DNA of 64,000 nt, from NCBI GenBank assembly GCA_041159865.1, contig JBEAXK010000079.1, positions 67 through 64,066 of the forward strand, in the 5' to 3' direction. Shown here in pieces: positions 52,870 through 62,623 of the stretch (positions within the stretch are counted from its first letter, which is position 1; every line of letters begins with the position of its first letter). Under the pieces are notes generated by a model. That model saw only the letters and a list, made by a program, of their open reading frames with translations, was not told where the DNA came from and ran no database searches. This stretch comes from Bacteroidota bacterium (GTDB taxonomy: Bacteria; Bacteroidota; Bacteroidia; Chitinophagales; Saprospiraceae). Both the position numbers and the translations under genes were made by a program.

Positions 52870-54582
52870 ATGAAACAATTGTTTATTCTCCCCTTTTTAT
52901 TTCCCTGTTTCATTAATATGAACGCTCAGACGGTCATTCATGAAGAAATGTTGGGCAGGCCAACCAATAAATCGATAACGTTGCAGATTATCTTTTTAGA
53001 AGCAGCGGAAGTTGCCATCCAATATGGTTTGTCACCCGCAAATTATACTAACCAATCACCCTGGAAAATATATCAGGCAAATGAACCTGCAGAAATTATA
53101 CTGGATAATTTATTAGCTAATTCTACTTATTATTATCGCGTAATCCATAGGAAACCCGGAGAAAATATAATTTTGACGAGGAAACAAGGCCAATTTGTTA
53201 CTCAAAGACCAAAAGGTACTCCTTTCTCTTTTGTTATTCAGGCTGACCCACATTTAGATGAACAAAGTGACAGTGCTGTTTATAAAAAATGCCTTCAAAA
53301 TCAGCTAGAGGATAACCCCGATTTTATGGTAGATTTAGGTGATGTCCTTATGGCAGATAAACTAAAAAATGCATCCAATATAATTACAAGGGATACAATA
53401 GCTTTTAGGGCAAAGTTAATGCGTGATTACTATGCAATACAGTCACATGCAGTTCCAATGTTTTTTGTTTTGGGAAATCATGAAGGTGAAAGTGGCTGGT
53501 CAAGAAACGGAACAGCAAACAATGTGGCGGTTTGGGGAACCTTGGAAAGGAAGAAATATTTCCTGAATCCAAGTCCAGATTCTTTTTATTCAGGTGATAA
53601 TACAAAACATGATTTTGTTGACTTAAGAGAGAATTATTATGCATGGGAATGGGGGGATGCCCAATTTATAGTTCTTGATCCATATTGGTACACTAATGTG
53701 AAACCTGATTCTTTAAATGGTTGGCGTTGGACATTGGGTAAAACTCAATATGATTGGTTGAAAACTACGCTCGAGTCTAGTAAAGCTACTTTTAAATTTG
53801 TTTTTTCTCACCAATTGGTAGGAGGTGATAAGAATGGAAGAGGTGGAACTGAATTTGCAGAATTTTATGAGTGGGGAGGTAAAAATTTAAATAAAACTCC
53901 TGGATTTACCCAAAATAGACCAAATTGGTATAAACCAGTCAGAGAATTATTAAAAGAAAACAAAGTCAATATATTTTTTCATGGACATGATCATTTTTTT
54001 GGAAAACAAGAAAAAGACTGTTTGATTTATCAGGAAGTTCCACAACCAAGTCATCCTAATTTTTCAAATGTTAATTATGCTAAGGAATATGGTTATTTCG
54101 AAGGTTTGATTCTCCCAAATTCTGGTCATTTAAGAATAAATGTTTCTCCAGATGGGGTAAAGGTGGAATATGTTAAGGTTTATTTACCGAAAAATGAAAC
54201 AGCCAATAGAAAAAATAAAGATATAGCTGCAACTTATTACATTCCAAAGAACTATTGTTATGATTCTATCTCCACAGGGATCCCTGTTTTGTGGAATGCC
54301 AATTATTCAGATGAACTAGTATATCCTAATCCTGCAAATGAATCTGTCACTTTTTCTTTTTCACTTCGACAGGTAGAAAAATTAACCCTAAAAATATTAG
54401 ATGTTAATGGCAAGGAAGTTAAAAATATACTAAATGGGAATGCTGTTTATCCAGGAAATTATCAAATAGAATGGAATGGTCAAAATGACAACGGGCAGTT
54501 GCTTCCAGGTGGAATCTATATGTATCAAATCCATAATGAAAAAGATATTATTAGTACCGGAAAAATTATCCTAGTGAGATAA
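52870..54582 (+). CDS. Secreted calcineurin-like metallophosphoesterase with a T9SS C-terminal sorting domain
   Basis: Signal peptide, a purple-acid-phosphatase-like N-terminal beta domain, metallophosphoesterase motifs (QADPH, DLGDVLMAD, GNHE, FSHQ, HGHDH), and a classical CTD (VYPNPANESVTFSFSL...GIYMYQI...GKIILVR). Confidence 0.8.
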   Translation: MKQLFILPFLFPCFINMNAQTVIHEEMLGRPTNKSITLQIIFLEAAEVAIQYGLSPANYTNQSPWKIYQANEPAEIILDNLLANSTYYYRVIHRKPGENIILTRKQGQFVTQRPKGTPFSFVIQADPHLDEQSDSAVYKKCLQNQLEDNPDFMVDLGDVLMADKLKNASNIITRDTIAFRAKLMRDYYAIQSHAVPMFFVLGNHEGESGWSRNGTANNVAVWGTLERKKYFLNPSPDSFYSGDNTKHDFVDLRENYYAWEWGDAQFIVLDPYWYTNVKPDSLNGWRWTLGKTQYDWLKTTLESSKATFKFVFSHQLVGGDKNGRGGTEFAEFYEWGGKNLNKTPGFTQNRPNWYKPVRELLKENKVNIFFHGHDHFFGKQEKDCLIYQEVPQPSHPNFSNVNYAKEYGYFEGLILPNSGHLRINVSPDGVKVEYVKVYLPKNETANRKNKDIAATYYIPKNYCYDSISTGIPVLWNANYSDELVYPNPANESVTFSFSLRQVEKLTLKILDVNGKEVKNILNGNAVYPGNYQIEWNGQNDNGQLLPGGIYMYQIHNEKDIISTGKIILVR

Positions 54583-54592
54583 GAGTAATTCC

Positions 54593-56041
54593 CTAACCCT
54601 TTTGCTCATTTTGAATCCTTAAAGTGGCTAATGCAGCAAAAATTAATAAAACGCCAGCAAATAAAATGGCTTTCCCTGGGTCATTATTCAAAAAGTTTTT
54701 TGATATAAATCCAAAGGTCAGGGTTTGAAATATCATTGGAATAACAATCATCATGTTGATGATTCCCATATAAACCCCATACCTTTCTTTTGGTATATCA
54801 TTGACTACCAATAAATAGGGAACGCCCATCATGCTGGCCCAAGCTATACCAAATCCAGTCATGGGTGCAAAAAGTAGGTATTTGTTTTCTATAAACGGGA
54901 ACATTAAAAGACCTGCTCCAGCCAATAATAAACATATAAAGTGAACTTGTTTTGGTCCATATTTCTGGGCTAAGCCAACTAAACTAAAAGCCGACAAAAA
55001 GGTAACTACATTGTACCATCCATTAACCAAACCTGTCCAACCTACAGCTTCCTCAAATAATACTTTATTTAAGGAAGGAGTGGTGTTCCATACGGATTGG
55101 GCAATACTTTTTGCAGCATTTTGCCAGTAACAAAATAAAGCATACCATTGAAACAAATAAATCAAAGCTAATTTCCACATCACGTTGGGCATGACAAAAA
55201 TAGCTTCTATGATTTCTAAATTCTGAGCAAATAAAATACGCAATATTTTGTTACTTTCCGTTTTTTGAATGGTATTTCGTAGTAAGTTGCGGAAAAATAA
55301 GGATGGAATCAATAAAACTAGTATGATAAAAAAGGCTAATAATGTAGTAATTATAGAAAGGAAAAATTGAATAACTGGATGTGGCATCCCCTCGTTTTTA
55401 CGCTTCATCCAGGCTAATTCTTCGTCAGAAGGAGGGATTTCCGGGGTTTTATACATACTCCATGCAACAGACCCAATGGAACATACCGTTCCAAGGAAAA
55501 AAGAGGCATATACCCAATTTGGAAGAGATCCTGAACGGCCAGGGATATAAAGCTGGAAAATAAACAGGGAAATATTGGCTAATGTAATTCCTAATCCTGT
55601 GAAAAAACTTTGTGAAAGAAATCCAGTTCCGTACTGCTCTTCTGGTAGCTTATCTGCAATAAAAGCTCTATATGGTTCCATGGCAGTATTATTGGCAGCA
55701 TCTAAAATCCATAATAATCCAGCTGCCATCCATAAGGTACTGCTGAAAGGATAAACAAATAAGCAAAGACTGCATAAAAGAGCTCCAATAAAGAAATAGG
55801 GCTTCCTTCTTCCAAACCTGGGGTGCCAGGTTTTATCACTTAAAGCGCCAATAATTGGCTGAATCAATAGACCTGTCATGGGTCCTGCCAGATTTAAAAG
55901 GGGTATTTGGTCAGGTTGTGCACCTAACATATCATAAATTGGGTTTACAGCGCTTTGCTGAAGACCAAAACTATATTGTATTCCAAAAAATCCCACATTC
56001 ATATTGATGATCTGGGAAAAGGTTAAATGGGGCTTAGTCAT
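54593..56041 (-). CDS. MFS transporter, GPH/SLC45-like sugar:cation symporter family
   Basis: 482 aa with about 12 hydrophobic helices. It carries GALSDKTWHPRFGRRKPY (the R-x-G-R-R loop after TM2 typical of SLC45/GPH members). Confidence 0.8.
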   Translation of the reverse strand: MTKPHLTFSQIINMNVGFFGIQYSFGLQQSAVNPIYDMLGAQPDQIPLLNLAGPMTGLLIQPIIGALSDKTWHPRFGRRKPYFFIGALLCSLCLFVYPFSSTLWMAAGLLWILDAANNTAMEPYRAFIADKLPEEQYGTGFLSQSFFTGLGITLANISLFIFQLYIPGRSGSLPNWVYASFFLGTVCSIGSVAWSMYKTPEIPPSDEELAWMKRKNEGMPHPVIQFFLSIITTLLAFFIILVLLIPSLFFRNLLRNTIQKTESNKILRILFAQNLEIIEAIFVMPNVMWKLALIYLFQWYALFCYWQNAAKSIAQSVWNTTPSLNKVLFEEAVGWTGLVNGWYNVVTFLSAFSLVGLAQKYGPKQVHFICLLLAGAGLLMFPFIENKYLLFAPMTGFGIAWASMMGVPYLLVVNDIPKERYGVYMGIINMMIVIPMIFQTLTFGFISKNFLNNDPGKAILFAGVLLIFAALATLRIQNEQKG

Positions 56042-56050
56042 ATTTATTTT

Positions 56051-56626
56051 TTATATCGCTGCAAAAGAAATGGCGTTTTTATCCCATTGCATGGATTGAT
56101 TAATAGCCGTAATAACTTCCTCAGGTTGTTGAACAAAAGCCCACATCTCAGCATGTATAGGCCGTAAAAAATTTTCAGAAACACATCGATCAAGCATCAT
56201 TTTTAAGGGATCATAATATCCATTTGTATTTAATATGATGATGGGTTTGGTAAATTGCCCAAGCCTTTTTAAAGTAATAGCTTCCAGCAATTCTTCTAAG
56301 GTCCCGGTGCCTCCGGGAAGCGCAATTAAGGCATCAATATTCTCAAGAAATTTAGCTTTCCGTTCGTGCATCGTATGGGTAAATTCAAAATCTGTTACCT
56401 TTTTATGTGCCCATTCAACTTCATTCATAAATTGAGGCATGATACCTTTTATTTTGCCGCCTTCTGCTAACACGGTATCTGCCAGCTTTCCCATCAGGCC
56501 GTGTCCACCGCCTCCATACACAATGTGAATATCTGAGTTTACTAATATCTTCGCCAGCCTTTCAGTTGCTTCAAAATATACATCGTCGATTTTAGAGCTC
56601 GATGCACAATAAATACATATTCGCAT
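56051..56626 (-). CDS. LOG-family protein (TIGR00730-type; cytokinin riboside 5'-monophosphate phosphoribohydrolase-like)
   Basis: IVYGGGGHGLMG and the PGGTGTLEEL motif. 191 aa. Confidence 0.85.
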   Translation of the reverse strand: MRICIYCASSSKIDDVYFEATERLAKILVNSDIHIVYGGGGHGLMGKLADTVLAEGGKIKGIMPQFMNEVEWAHKKVTDFEFTHTMHERKAKFLENIDALIALPGGTGTLEELLEAITLKRLGQFTKPIIILNTNGYYDPLKMMLDRCVSENFLRPIHAEMWAFVQQPEEVITAINQSMQWDKNAISFAAI

Positions 56627-56754
56627 AAGTTTGAATTTGAGCTTACAAATTAACTTTTTGTAGCCTCAATATAGCCCATTTTAGAAATATATTTTTGATT
56701 CTTTATAACTGAACTCTTTTGAGCCTTTTAGGTTTCTATAAGTTCATAATACTC

Positions 56755-59136
56755 ATGATGTTTAGATTTATATCCGTTTTATGCTTTTTTTGCTTGTTTG
56801 TTGAGATAAATGCACAGTCTCTAAAAATTTTCGTAAAAGATAAAAGCAAAGAGCCACTCACTGGCGCTACAGTTCAGTTAATTAGAGCAGGAGATTCTTT
56901 AAACTTTAATGAGGTTTCTGATATAGATGGATTAACTTCCTTTCTTAAAATGGAGACAGGTATTTATACGATTTATGCCAATTATATTGGGTTTAAAGAA
57001 AATATTTCTACCATTAGAATTGAAAAAAAAGCATACCAGATTGATATCTTATTGGAGGAATCAGCCTTAGATTTAGGAGAAGTTACCATTGTTGCTAAAC
57101 GTCCTCTAATTAGTCAGGAAGATGACAAAATGATCATTGACCCAGAACCATTGGCTGGTAGTAGCATGAGTACCCTGGAGGTTTTGGAAAAAACACCGGG
57201 GCTTTTTGTCGATCAGGATGGTAATATATTTCTGAATAGCGCCAGTCCTGCAATTGTCTATATAAATGGCAGAGAACAGAAAATGAGTGCCCAGGATATT
57301 GCCTCAATTTTGAGAAGTCTTCCTCCTGGGAACATTCAGAAAATAGAAGTGCTGAGAACGCCTTCTGCAAAATATGATGCAGCAAGTTCAGGAGGAATTG
57401 TAAATGTAATCTTGAAAAAAGGAGTCAAAATTGGTCAAAATGGTTCCGTTAACTCTTCGATGAATCAAGGTCTTTATGGAAATCAATCTGTCGGTTTTAA
57501 TCTGAATAATGGCGGAGAAAAACATGCCTCATATCTAAATATTAATTATCTCAAAAGAGATGGTCTCGATGAATTAAACTCTACAAGAAACGGGGCTCTG
57601 GGTTCTCTGATTTCTCAAAATGCAAAAACAAGAACACCAGGTTCTCAGGCATTTCTTGGCTTTGGTTATAATAAAGAAATAAAAAAATCATGGAATGTTA
57701 ACACAGATACAAGGATAAATGTAAATGGGAATCAATCTGAGGCGGAAAATATTACCCTTATTCAATCGGCTGAAAATCAATTACTTTCAAAAAATTTAAA
57801 TACTATAAACAATCAAAATGATTTCCTTAGTGTAAATCAAGACCTTGGCTTAAATGTTAAAAATGATAGTACTGGTTTTGAATTGGACACTAAAGTAAGT
57901 CTTACTTATAACCAGAATAATGGTGCACAATTTTACTCGTCTTCCTTTTCTTCGCCTTTTTCACAGATAATTGAAGGAAATGGGGATGCCATGCAAAAGA
58001 GAAAATTTCTCCTGACTCAAAGTGATCTTACCTTTAATTTACCCTGGACAATTAAAATGGAATCAGGATTTAAAGGTACTTTTCAACAATTTAGCAGTGA
58101 TGCTGATTATTTTATTAAGGCAAATTCAGTTAATAAGGTAGATGCTCTCAGAACAAACGCATTTAATTATACAGAAAATATAACGGCAGCTTATTTTCAG
58201 TTTTCTAAATCACTTCCCGGAAATCTACGAGTAAAAACAGGGCTAAGAGCAGAAAATACGTTTATGAATGGGAAGCAAAAAATCCCTTATGATACCAGTT
58301 TCCTTATCCAAAGACTCGATTTCTTTCCATACCTATATATTAGCAGACCTATTTTCAAAATTGCCAGCTATGAATTAAATGCTTTCCTAATTTACAGAAG
58401 AACCCTGAATCGGCCAGATTATCAGAATTTGAATCCAGCTATCAGATATGTAGATCAGTATTTTTATGAAACAGGAAATCCTGCCCTTAAACCTCAGTTT
58501 ACAGACAATATAGAGGCGAATATTAGTTTCGATAATATGCCGATTTTTGCCATCGGCAGAAATTATATCTCCGACATTTTTTCAAATGTGGTTTATCAGG
58601 ACAAATTAAATAACAATGTTCTGGTTCGTACTTTTGATAATGTTGGAAAGAATAAAGAAACTTATTTTAGACTCATTGCGGCTATTCCTCCAGGTGGAAA
58701 ATATTTTTTTGTTTTGGGAACCCAATATAATTTGAGCGAATATGATGGAATATATGAAAATAAACCGCTCACTTTCACAAGAGGGAGCTGGAGGTTTTTT
58801 ACCTTCCACCAGGTTAAGTTATTTAAAGAAACTAAAATTAACCTAAGTGGATTTCTGCTGCTTCGGGGTCAACAGAATTTTTATGAGTTAAAAACTTTCG
58901 GGCAGCTTAATATTAGCATTAATCAATCTTTTCTAAATAAAAAATTAGTCCTTTCACTCAGTGGAAATGATATTTTGAGGTCAATGGTTACCGAATTTAG
59001 CTTGCAGCAGGGAAATGTTTTTACCGAAGGGGATAGGTATTCCGATAACCGAAGAATTGGTTTGAATCTGAGATATGCCTTTGGTATTCAAAAAAAAGAA
59101 CCAAGACAAGGTATTATACCCAACGATTTTGATTAA
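56755..59136 (+). CDS. TonB-dependent-receptor-like outer-membrane beta-barrel protein
   Basis: My preferred start is the ATG at 56755 (MMFRFISVLCFFCLFVEINAQ). It has a carboxypeptidase-regulatory-like domain (LKIFVKDKSKEPLTGATVQL), a plug (LEKTPGLFVDQDGNIFL, IVYINGRE, IQKIEVLRTPSAKYDA) and a long barrel ending in an aromatic strand (GLNLRYAF). Confidence 0.8.
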   Translation: MMFRFISVLCFFCLFVEINAQSLKIFVKDKSKEPLTGATVQLIRAGDSLNFNEVSDIDGLTSFLKMETGIYTIYANYIGFKENISTIRIEKKAYQIDILLEESALDLGEVTIVAKRPLISQEDDKMIIDPEPLAGSSMSTLEVLEKTPGLFVDQDGNIFLNSASPAIVYINGREQKMSAQDIASILRSLPPGNIQKIEVLRTPSAKYDAASSGGIVNVILKKGVKIGQNGSVNSSMNQGLYGNQSVGFNLNNGGEKHASYLNINYLKRDGLDELNSTRNGALGSLISQNAKTRTPGSQAFLGFGYNKEIKKSWNVNTDTRINVNGNQSEAENITLIQSAENQLLSKNLNTINNQNDFLSVNQDLGLNVKNDSTGFELDTKVSLTYNQNNGAQFYSSSFSSPFSQIIEGNGDAMQKRKFLLTQSDLTFNLPWTIKMESGFKGTFQQFSSDADYFIKANSVNKVDALRTNAFNYTENITAAYFQFSKSLPGNLRVKTGLRAENTFMNGKQKIPYDTSFLIQRLDFFPYLYISRPIFKIASYELNAFLIYRRTLNRPDYQNLNPAIRYVDQYFYETGNPALKPQFTDNIEANISFDNMPIFAIGRNYISDIFSNVVYQDKLNNNVLVRTFDNVGKNKETYFRLIAAIPPGGKYFFVLGTQYNLSEYDGIYENKPLTFTRGSWRFFTFHQVKLFKETKINLSGFLLLRGQQNFYELKTFGQLNISINQSFLNKKLVLSLSGNDILRSMVTEFSLQQGNVFTEGDRYSDNRRIGLNLRYAFGIQKKEPRQGIIPNDFD

Positions 59137-59154
59137 CTTTAAGAAATTTTAAAG

Positions 59155-59550
59155 ATGAAAAAAATAATACCTTTTATTGCTTTTATAGCCTTCACAATGA
59201 CTGCTTGTCAGCAGAAATTTAGTTCTGGAACTAAATTTCCGCCTACAGGTTTAGTGAAAAAAGAGGTTTTCAAAGAAATGATTCATCTGAATAAGGTGCA
59301 ATTGGTCGATGTAAGAACACCTGAGGAATTTTTGGCGGGACATATTGAAAATGCAAAGAATATCAATTTTAATGATTCAAATTTCAAACAAGTTATTTCT
59401 TCGACTTTAAATAAAAATAAACCAGTAGCTCTATATTGCCGGTCGGGGAGACGAAGTGCATCCGCTCTGGCTGTCTTAAAAGAAATGGGTTTCACAACGA
59501 TTTATGACCTGGAAGGAGGTTTCCTGAATTGGCAATCAACGCCTAAATAA
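59155..59550 (+). CDS. Rhodanese-domain lipoprotein (sulfurtransferase-like)
   Basis: Lipobox FTMTACQQ and the active-site loop YCRSGRRS (CRxGxR). Also VDVRTPEEFLAGHIENAKNI. Confidence 0.85.
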   Translation: MKKIIPFIAFIAFTMTACQQKFSSGTKFPPTGLVKKEVFKEMIHLNKVQLVDVRTPEEFLAGHIENAKNINFNDSNFKQVISSTLNKNKPVALYCRSGRRSASALAVLKEMGFTTIYDLEGGFLNWQSTPK

Positions 59551-59570
59551 TTGGGCATTTCTAAACATTC

Positions 59571-59604
59571 ATTCTTCTTTTATGTTAACCTCTAAAAGAA
59601 GAAT
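59571..59604 (+). promoter_or_regulatory. Perfect 12-bp hairpin ending at the base before the crtI start codon
   Basis: attcttctttta (59571-59582) / 10-nt loop tgttaacctc / taaaagaagaat (59593-59604). The TTG start of crtI is 59605-59607. No U-tract follows. Confidence 0.4.
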
Positions 59605-61077
59605 TTGAAAAAGGTAATCGTTATTGGTTCTGGTTTTTCTGGCTTAGCAACTGCATGTTTCTTGGCAAAATCTGGTTTCGATGTAACTGTTTTAGAGAAA
59701 AATAGTTCTCCGGGAGGAAGAGCAAGAAAATTTGAAGAAAATGGTTTCGTTTTTGACATGGGACCTAGCTGGTATTGGATGCCAGATGTTTTTGATCGTT
59801 TTTTTGCACAGTTTGGAAAGAAAACATCTGATTATTACAAGTTAGTTCGATTAGATCCTTCTTACAGAGTGTTTTTTGGTAAAGATGATTTCGTTGATTT
59901 GCCAACCAGTGAAAAAGATCAGGAAGAACTTTTCGAATCCTTCGAAAAGGGAAGTAAGTATTCTTTAAGGAAGTTCTTGAAGGAAGCTAAATATAAATAT
60001 GATGTAGGAATCAACGAATTTGTTTTCAAGCCGAGTCATAGTATTATGGAGTTTGCAGAGCTACGATTGCTTATAAGTGCATTCAGGCTTCAGCTTTTTC
60101 AATCTATGGCTAAACATGTGAGAAAACTATTCAAACATCCAAAATTATTAAAAATTCTTGAGTTTCCCGTTCTGTTTTTAGGAGCAACTCCCCAAAAAAC
60201 GCCTGCTTTATATAGTCTCATGAATTATGCTGACATGCGTTTGGGTACCTGGTATCCACAAAAGGGCATGTTTGAAGTCATAAGGGCAATGGTCACATTA
60301 GCAGAGGATCTTGGCGTAAAATTTTTATATAATCAGGAGGTTCTTAAGGTAAATGTGACGGATGGAGTAGCAAAAAGTGTGGAGACAAAATCAGATATTT
60401 TCAAAGCTGATGTTGTTGTTGGAAGTGCAGATTATCAACACCTGGATCAGCAGGTTCTGGAAAAAAAATATAGGAATTATAATGAAAAATACTGGGAAAC
60501 CAGAGTAATGGCACCTTCCTCTTTGTTATTTTATATAGGAATCAATAAGAAAGTAAGTAATCTGTTGCATCATAATCTATTTTTTGATGAAGATTTCGAT
60601 CAGCATGCAGTAGATATTTATGAAGAACCTGCATGGCCCGAAAAACCACTGTTTTATGTTTCAGTTCCCTCCATGACTGATGAAACACTGGCTCCAGATG
60701 GACATGAAAATATGTTTATCCTCATACCTTTGGCGCCAGGATTAGAAGATAATGAAGAGAAAAGATTGTTTTATTTTGATTTGGTTATGAAACGTTTGGA
60801 AAAATTAACCAATCAAGATATAAATAAACATATTATCTTTAAGCGTTCTTATGCACATCGGGATTTTGTGGCCGATTATCACGCTTTTAAAGGAAATGCC
60901 TATGGCTTAGCTAATACGCTTCTACAGACTGCCTTTTTAAAGCCTAAACTTAGGAACAAGAATATTTCAAATTTCTTTTATACAGGTCAATTGACTACTC
61001 CGGGGCCAGGTGTACCGCCCTCGTTGATTTCAGGCGAAGTTGTAGCTAAAGAAATTTCAAAACTGTTTAAATTGTAG
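59605..61077 (+). CDS. crtI: Phytoene desaturase
   Basis: 490 aa. FAD dinucleotide fold at the extreme N-terminus (KKVIVIGSGFSGLATACFLAKSGFDVTVLEKNSSPGGRA) and the CrtI C-terminal signature (FYTGQLTTPGPGVPPSLISG). A TTG start is forced because a TAA lies 4 codons upstream in frame. Confidence 0.9.
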   Translation: MKKVIVIGSGFSGLATACFLAKSGFDVTVLEKNSSPGGRARKFEENGFVFDMGPSWYWMPDVFDRFFAQFGKKTSDYYKLVRLDPSYRVFFGKDDFVDLPTSEKDQEELFESFEKGSKYSLRKFLKEAKYKYDVGINEFVFKPSHSIMEFAELRLLISAFRLQLFQSMAKHVRKLFKHPKLLKILEFPVLFLGATPQKTPALYSLMNYADMRLGTWYPQKGMFEVIRAMVTLAEDLGVKFLYNQEVLKVNVTDGVAKSVETKSDIFKADVVVGSADYQHLDQQVLEKKYRNYNEKYWETRVMAPSSLLFYIGINKKVSNLLHHNLFFDEDFDQHAVDIYEEPAWPEKPLFYVSVPSMTDETLAPDGHENMFILIPLAPGLEDNEEKRLFYFDLVMKRLEKLTNQDINKHIIFKRSYAHRDFVADYHAFKGNAYGLANTLLQTAFLKPKLRNKNISNFFYTGQLTTPGPGVPPSLISGEVVAKEISKLFKL

Positions 61078-61096
61078 CTCTCTAAATATTCACCCT

Positions 61097-61933
61097 ATGT
61101 TGTCCCTTTATAATCAAACTTGCTTAGAATGCAGCAGTCTTATTACCAGACGCTATAGTACTTCTTTTTCAATGGGTATAAGGGTTTTTGATAAAAAATA
61201 CCGTTCCCCCATCTATGCAATTTATGGATTTGTAAGATTTGCGGATGAAATCGTTGATACCTTTCATGATTTCCCTAAAAAAGAATTATTGGACAAGTTT
61301 AGAAGAGACACCTATGAAGCTATCGAATCAGGTATAAGTTTGAATCCGGTTCTTCATTCTTTCCAAAATGTTGTAAACAAATACAATATTGAGAAAGAGT
61401 TAATAGATGCTTTTTTAGACAGCATGGAGATGGATTTAAATCTAAATTCGTATGAAGACAATTTGTACCAAAAATACATTTACGGATCAGCTGAGGTAGT
61501 GGGGTTAATGTGTCTTCGTGTTTTTGTTAACGGTGATGACCAATTATATCAGCATCTATATGCTTCAGCCAGAAGCTTAGGTTCTGCCTTTCAGAAAATC
61601 AACTTTTTACGTGACATTAAGAGTGATTTTGATGAACGTGGCAGGGTTTACTTTCCTGGGGTTGATTTCCGTAATTTTAATTTAAGGGATAAACTAGAAA
61701 TTGAATCTGATATTAAAAAAGATTTTGATGATGCACTTGTAGGTATTACTCAATTGCCACAGGGGGTTCGTTTTGGAGTCTATTTGGCTTACAAATATTA
61801 TATAAAATTATTTCAAAAAATTAAATCTGCTTCACCTACAAAGGTTAAGGAAGAAAGAATTCGTGTAAATGATAGTCGTAAAGTTGCTCTAATTTTTAGT
61901 TCAGCGGTCAGATTACGATTTAATTTATTTTAA
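61097..61933 (+). CDS. crtB: Phytoene synthase
   Basis: 278 aa with the two Asp-rich motifs of squalene/phytoene synthases (FVRFADEIVD; YGSAEVVGLMC...; FQKINFLRDIKSD). Confidence 0.9.
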   Translation: MLSLYNQTCLECSSLITRRYSTSFSMGIRVFDKKYRSPIYAIYGFVRFADEIVDTFHDFPKKELLDKFRRDTYEAIESGISLNPVLHSFQNVVNKYNIEKELIDAFLDSMEMDLNLNSYEDNLYQKYIYGSAEVVGLMCLRVFVNGDDQLYQHLYASARSLGSAFQKINFLRDIKSDFDERGRVYFPGVDFRNFNLRDKLEIESDIKKDFDDALVGITQLPQGVRFGVYLAYKYYIKLFQKIKSASPTKVKEERIRVNDSRKVALIFSSAVRLRFNLF

Positions 61934-61945
61934 TATCCATTATAC

Positions 61946-62617
61946 ATGGACTCTCTTTTTAAATGGGTGAAAAAACTTAATATACCTGCAGAAGTGGGTA
62001 TTATTGCATTTTTTTATGCATCAGGTATTGTTGCACATATTATACCACAACTTAGAATTATTGCATTTTCTTTGACCGATTTATTCCTGTTTGGTATAAA
62101 TGCCTTTTTATTAAAAGATATATTTGATAAGAATAAAGGGAAAAGGTTACTTTTTTGGATTATTCCTGTTTATTTATTTACATTCTCCATGGAGGCTATG
62201 GGTGTGGCTACAGGAAAAATATTTGGAGCCTACCATTATGGAAGTAATATGCATCTTAAAGTTTTGGGGGTTCCTTTAGTAATTGCATTTAATTGGTTAG
62301 TTCTGGCTTTAGCGGTAAATGGTTTAGCATTAAAATTCTTTTCAAATAAGTGGGTTGTTTCCCTATTTTCTGGATTACTTATTTCTTGCTATGATTTTTT
62401 TATAGAACCAGTGGCAATCAATTTAGATTATTGGAAATGGGTAAACGTGGATGTTCCTGTACAAAATTATATTGCGTGGTGTATAATCGGTTTTGCAGTA
62501 TCCTTACCCTTACACGTTTTTAAGTTCAAATTTTATTCCCCCCTTTTGATACCCTATTTATTTATACAATGGGTCTATTTCAATATTCTTGTTTTATTAA
62601 ATATAAAATTCCAATAA
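61946..62617 (+). CDS. Carotenoid biosynthesis membrane protein (DUF422 / CruF-like carotenoid 1,2-hydratase family)
   Basis: 223 aa with about 7 hydrophobic helices, inserted between crtB and crtY. Motifs G.ATG.IFG.Y.Y and P..I..NW resemble what I recall of the DUF422/CruF family. The assignment rests on context plus memory of the family. Confidence 0.6.
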   Translation: MDSLFKWVKKLNIPAEVGIIAFFYASGIVAHIIPQLRIIAFSLTDLFLFGINAFLLKDIFDKNKGKRLLFWIIPVYLFTFSMEAMGVATGKIFGAYHYGSNMHLKVLGVPLVIAFNWLVLALAVNGLALKFFSNKWVVSLFSGLLISCYDFFIEPVAINLDYWKWVNVDVPVQNYIAWCIIGFAVSLPLHVFKFKFYSPLLIPYLFIQWVYFNILVLLNIKFQ

Positions 62618-62623
62618 TTAAAC

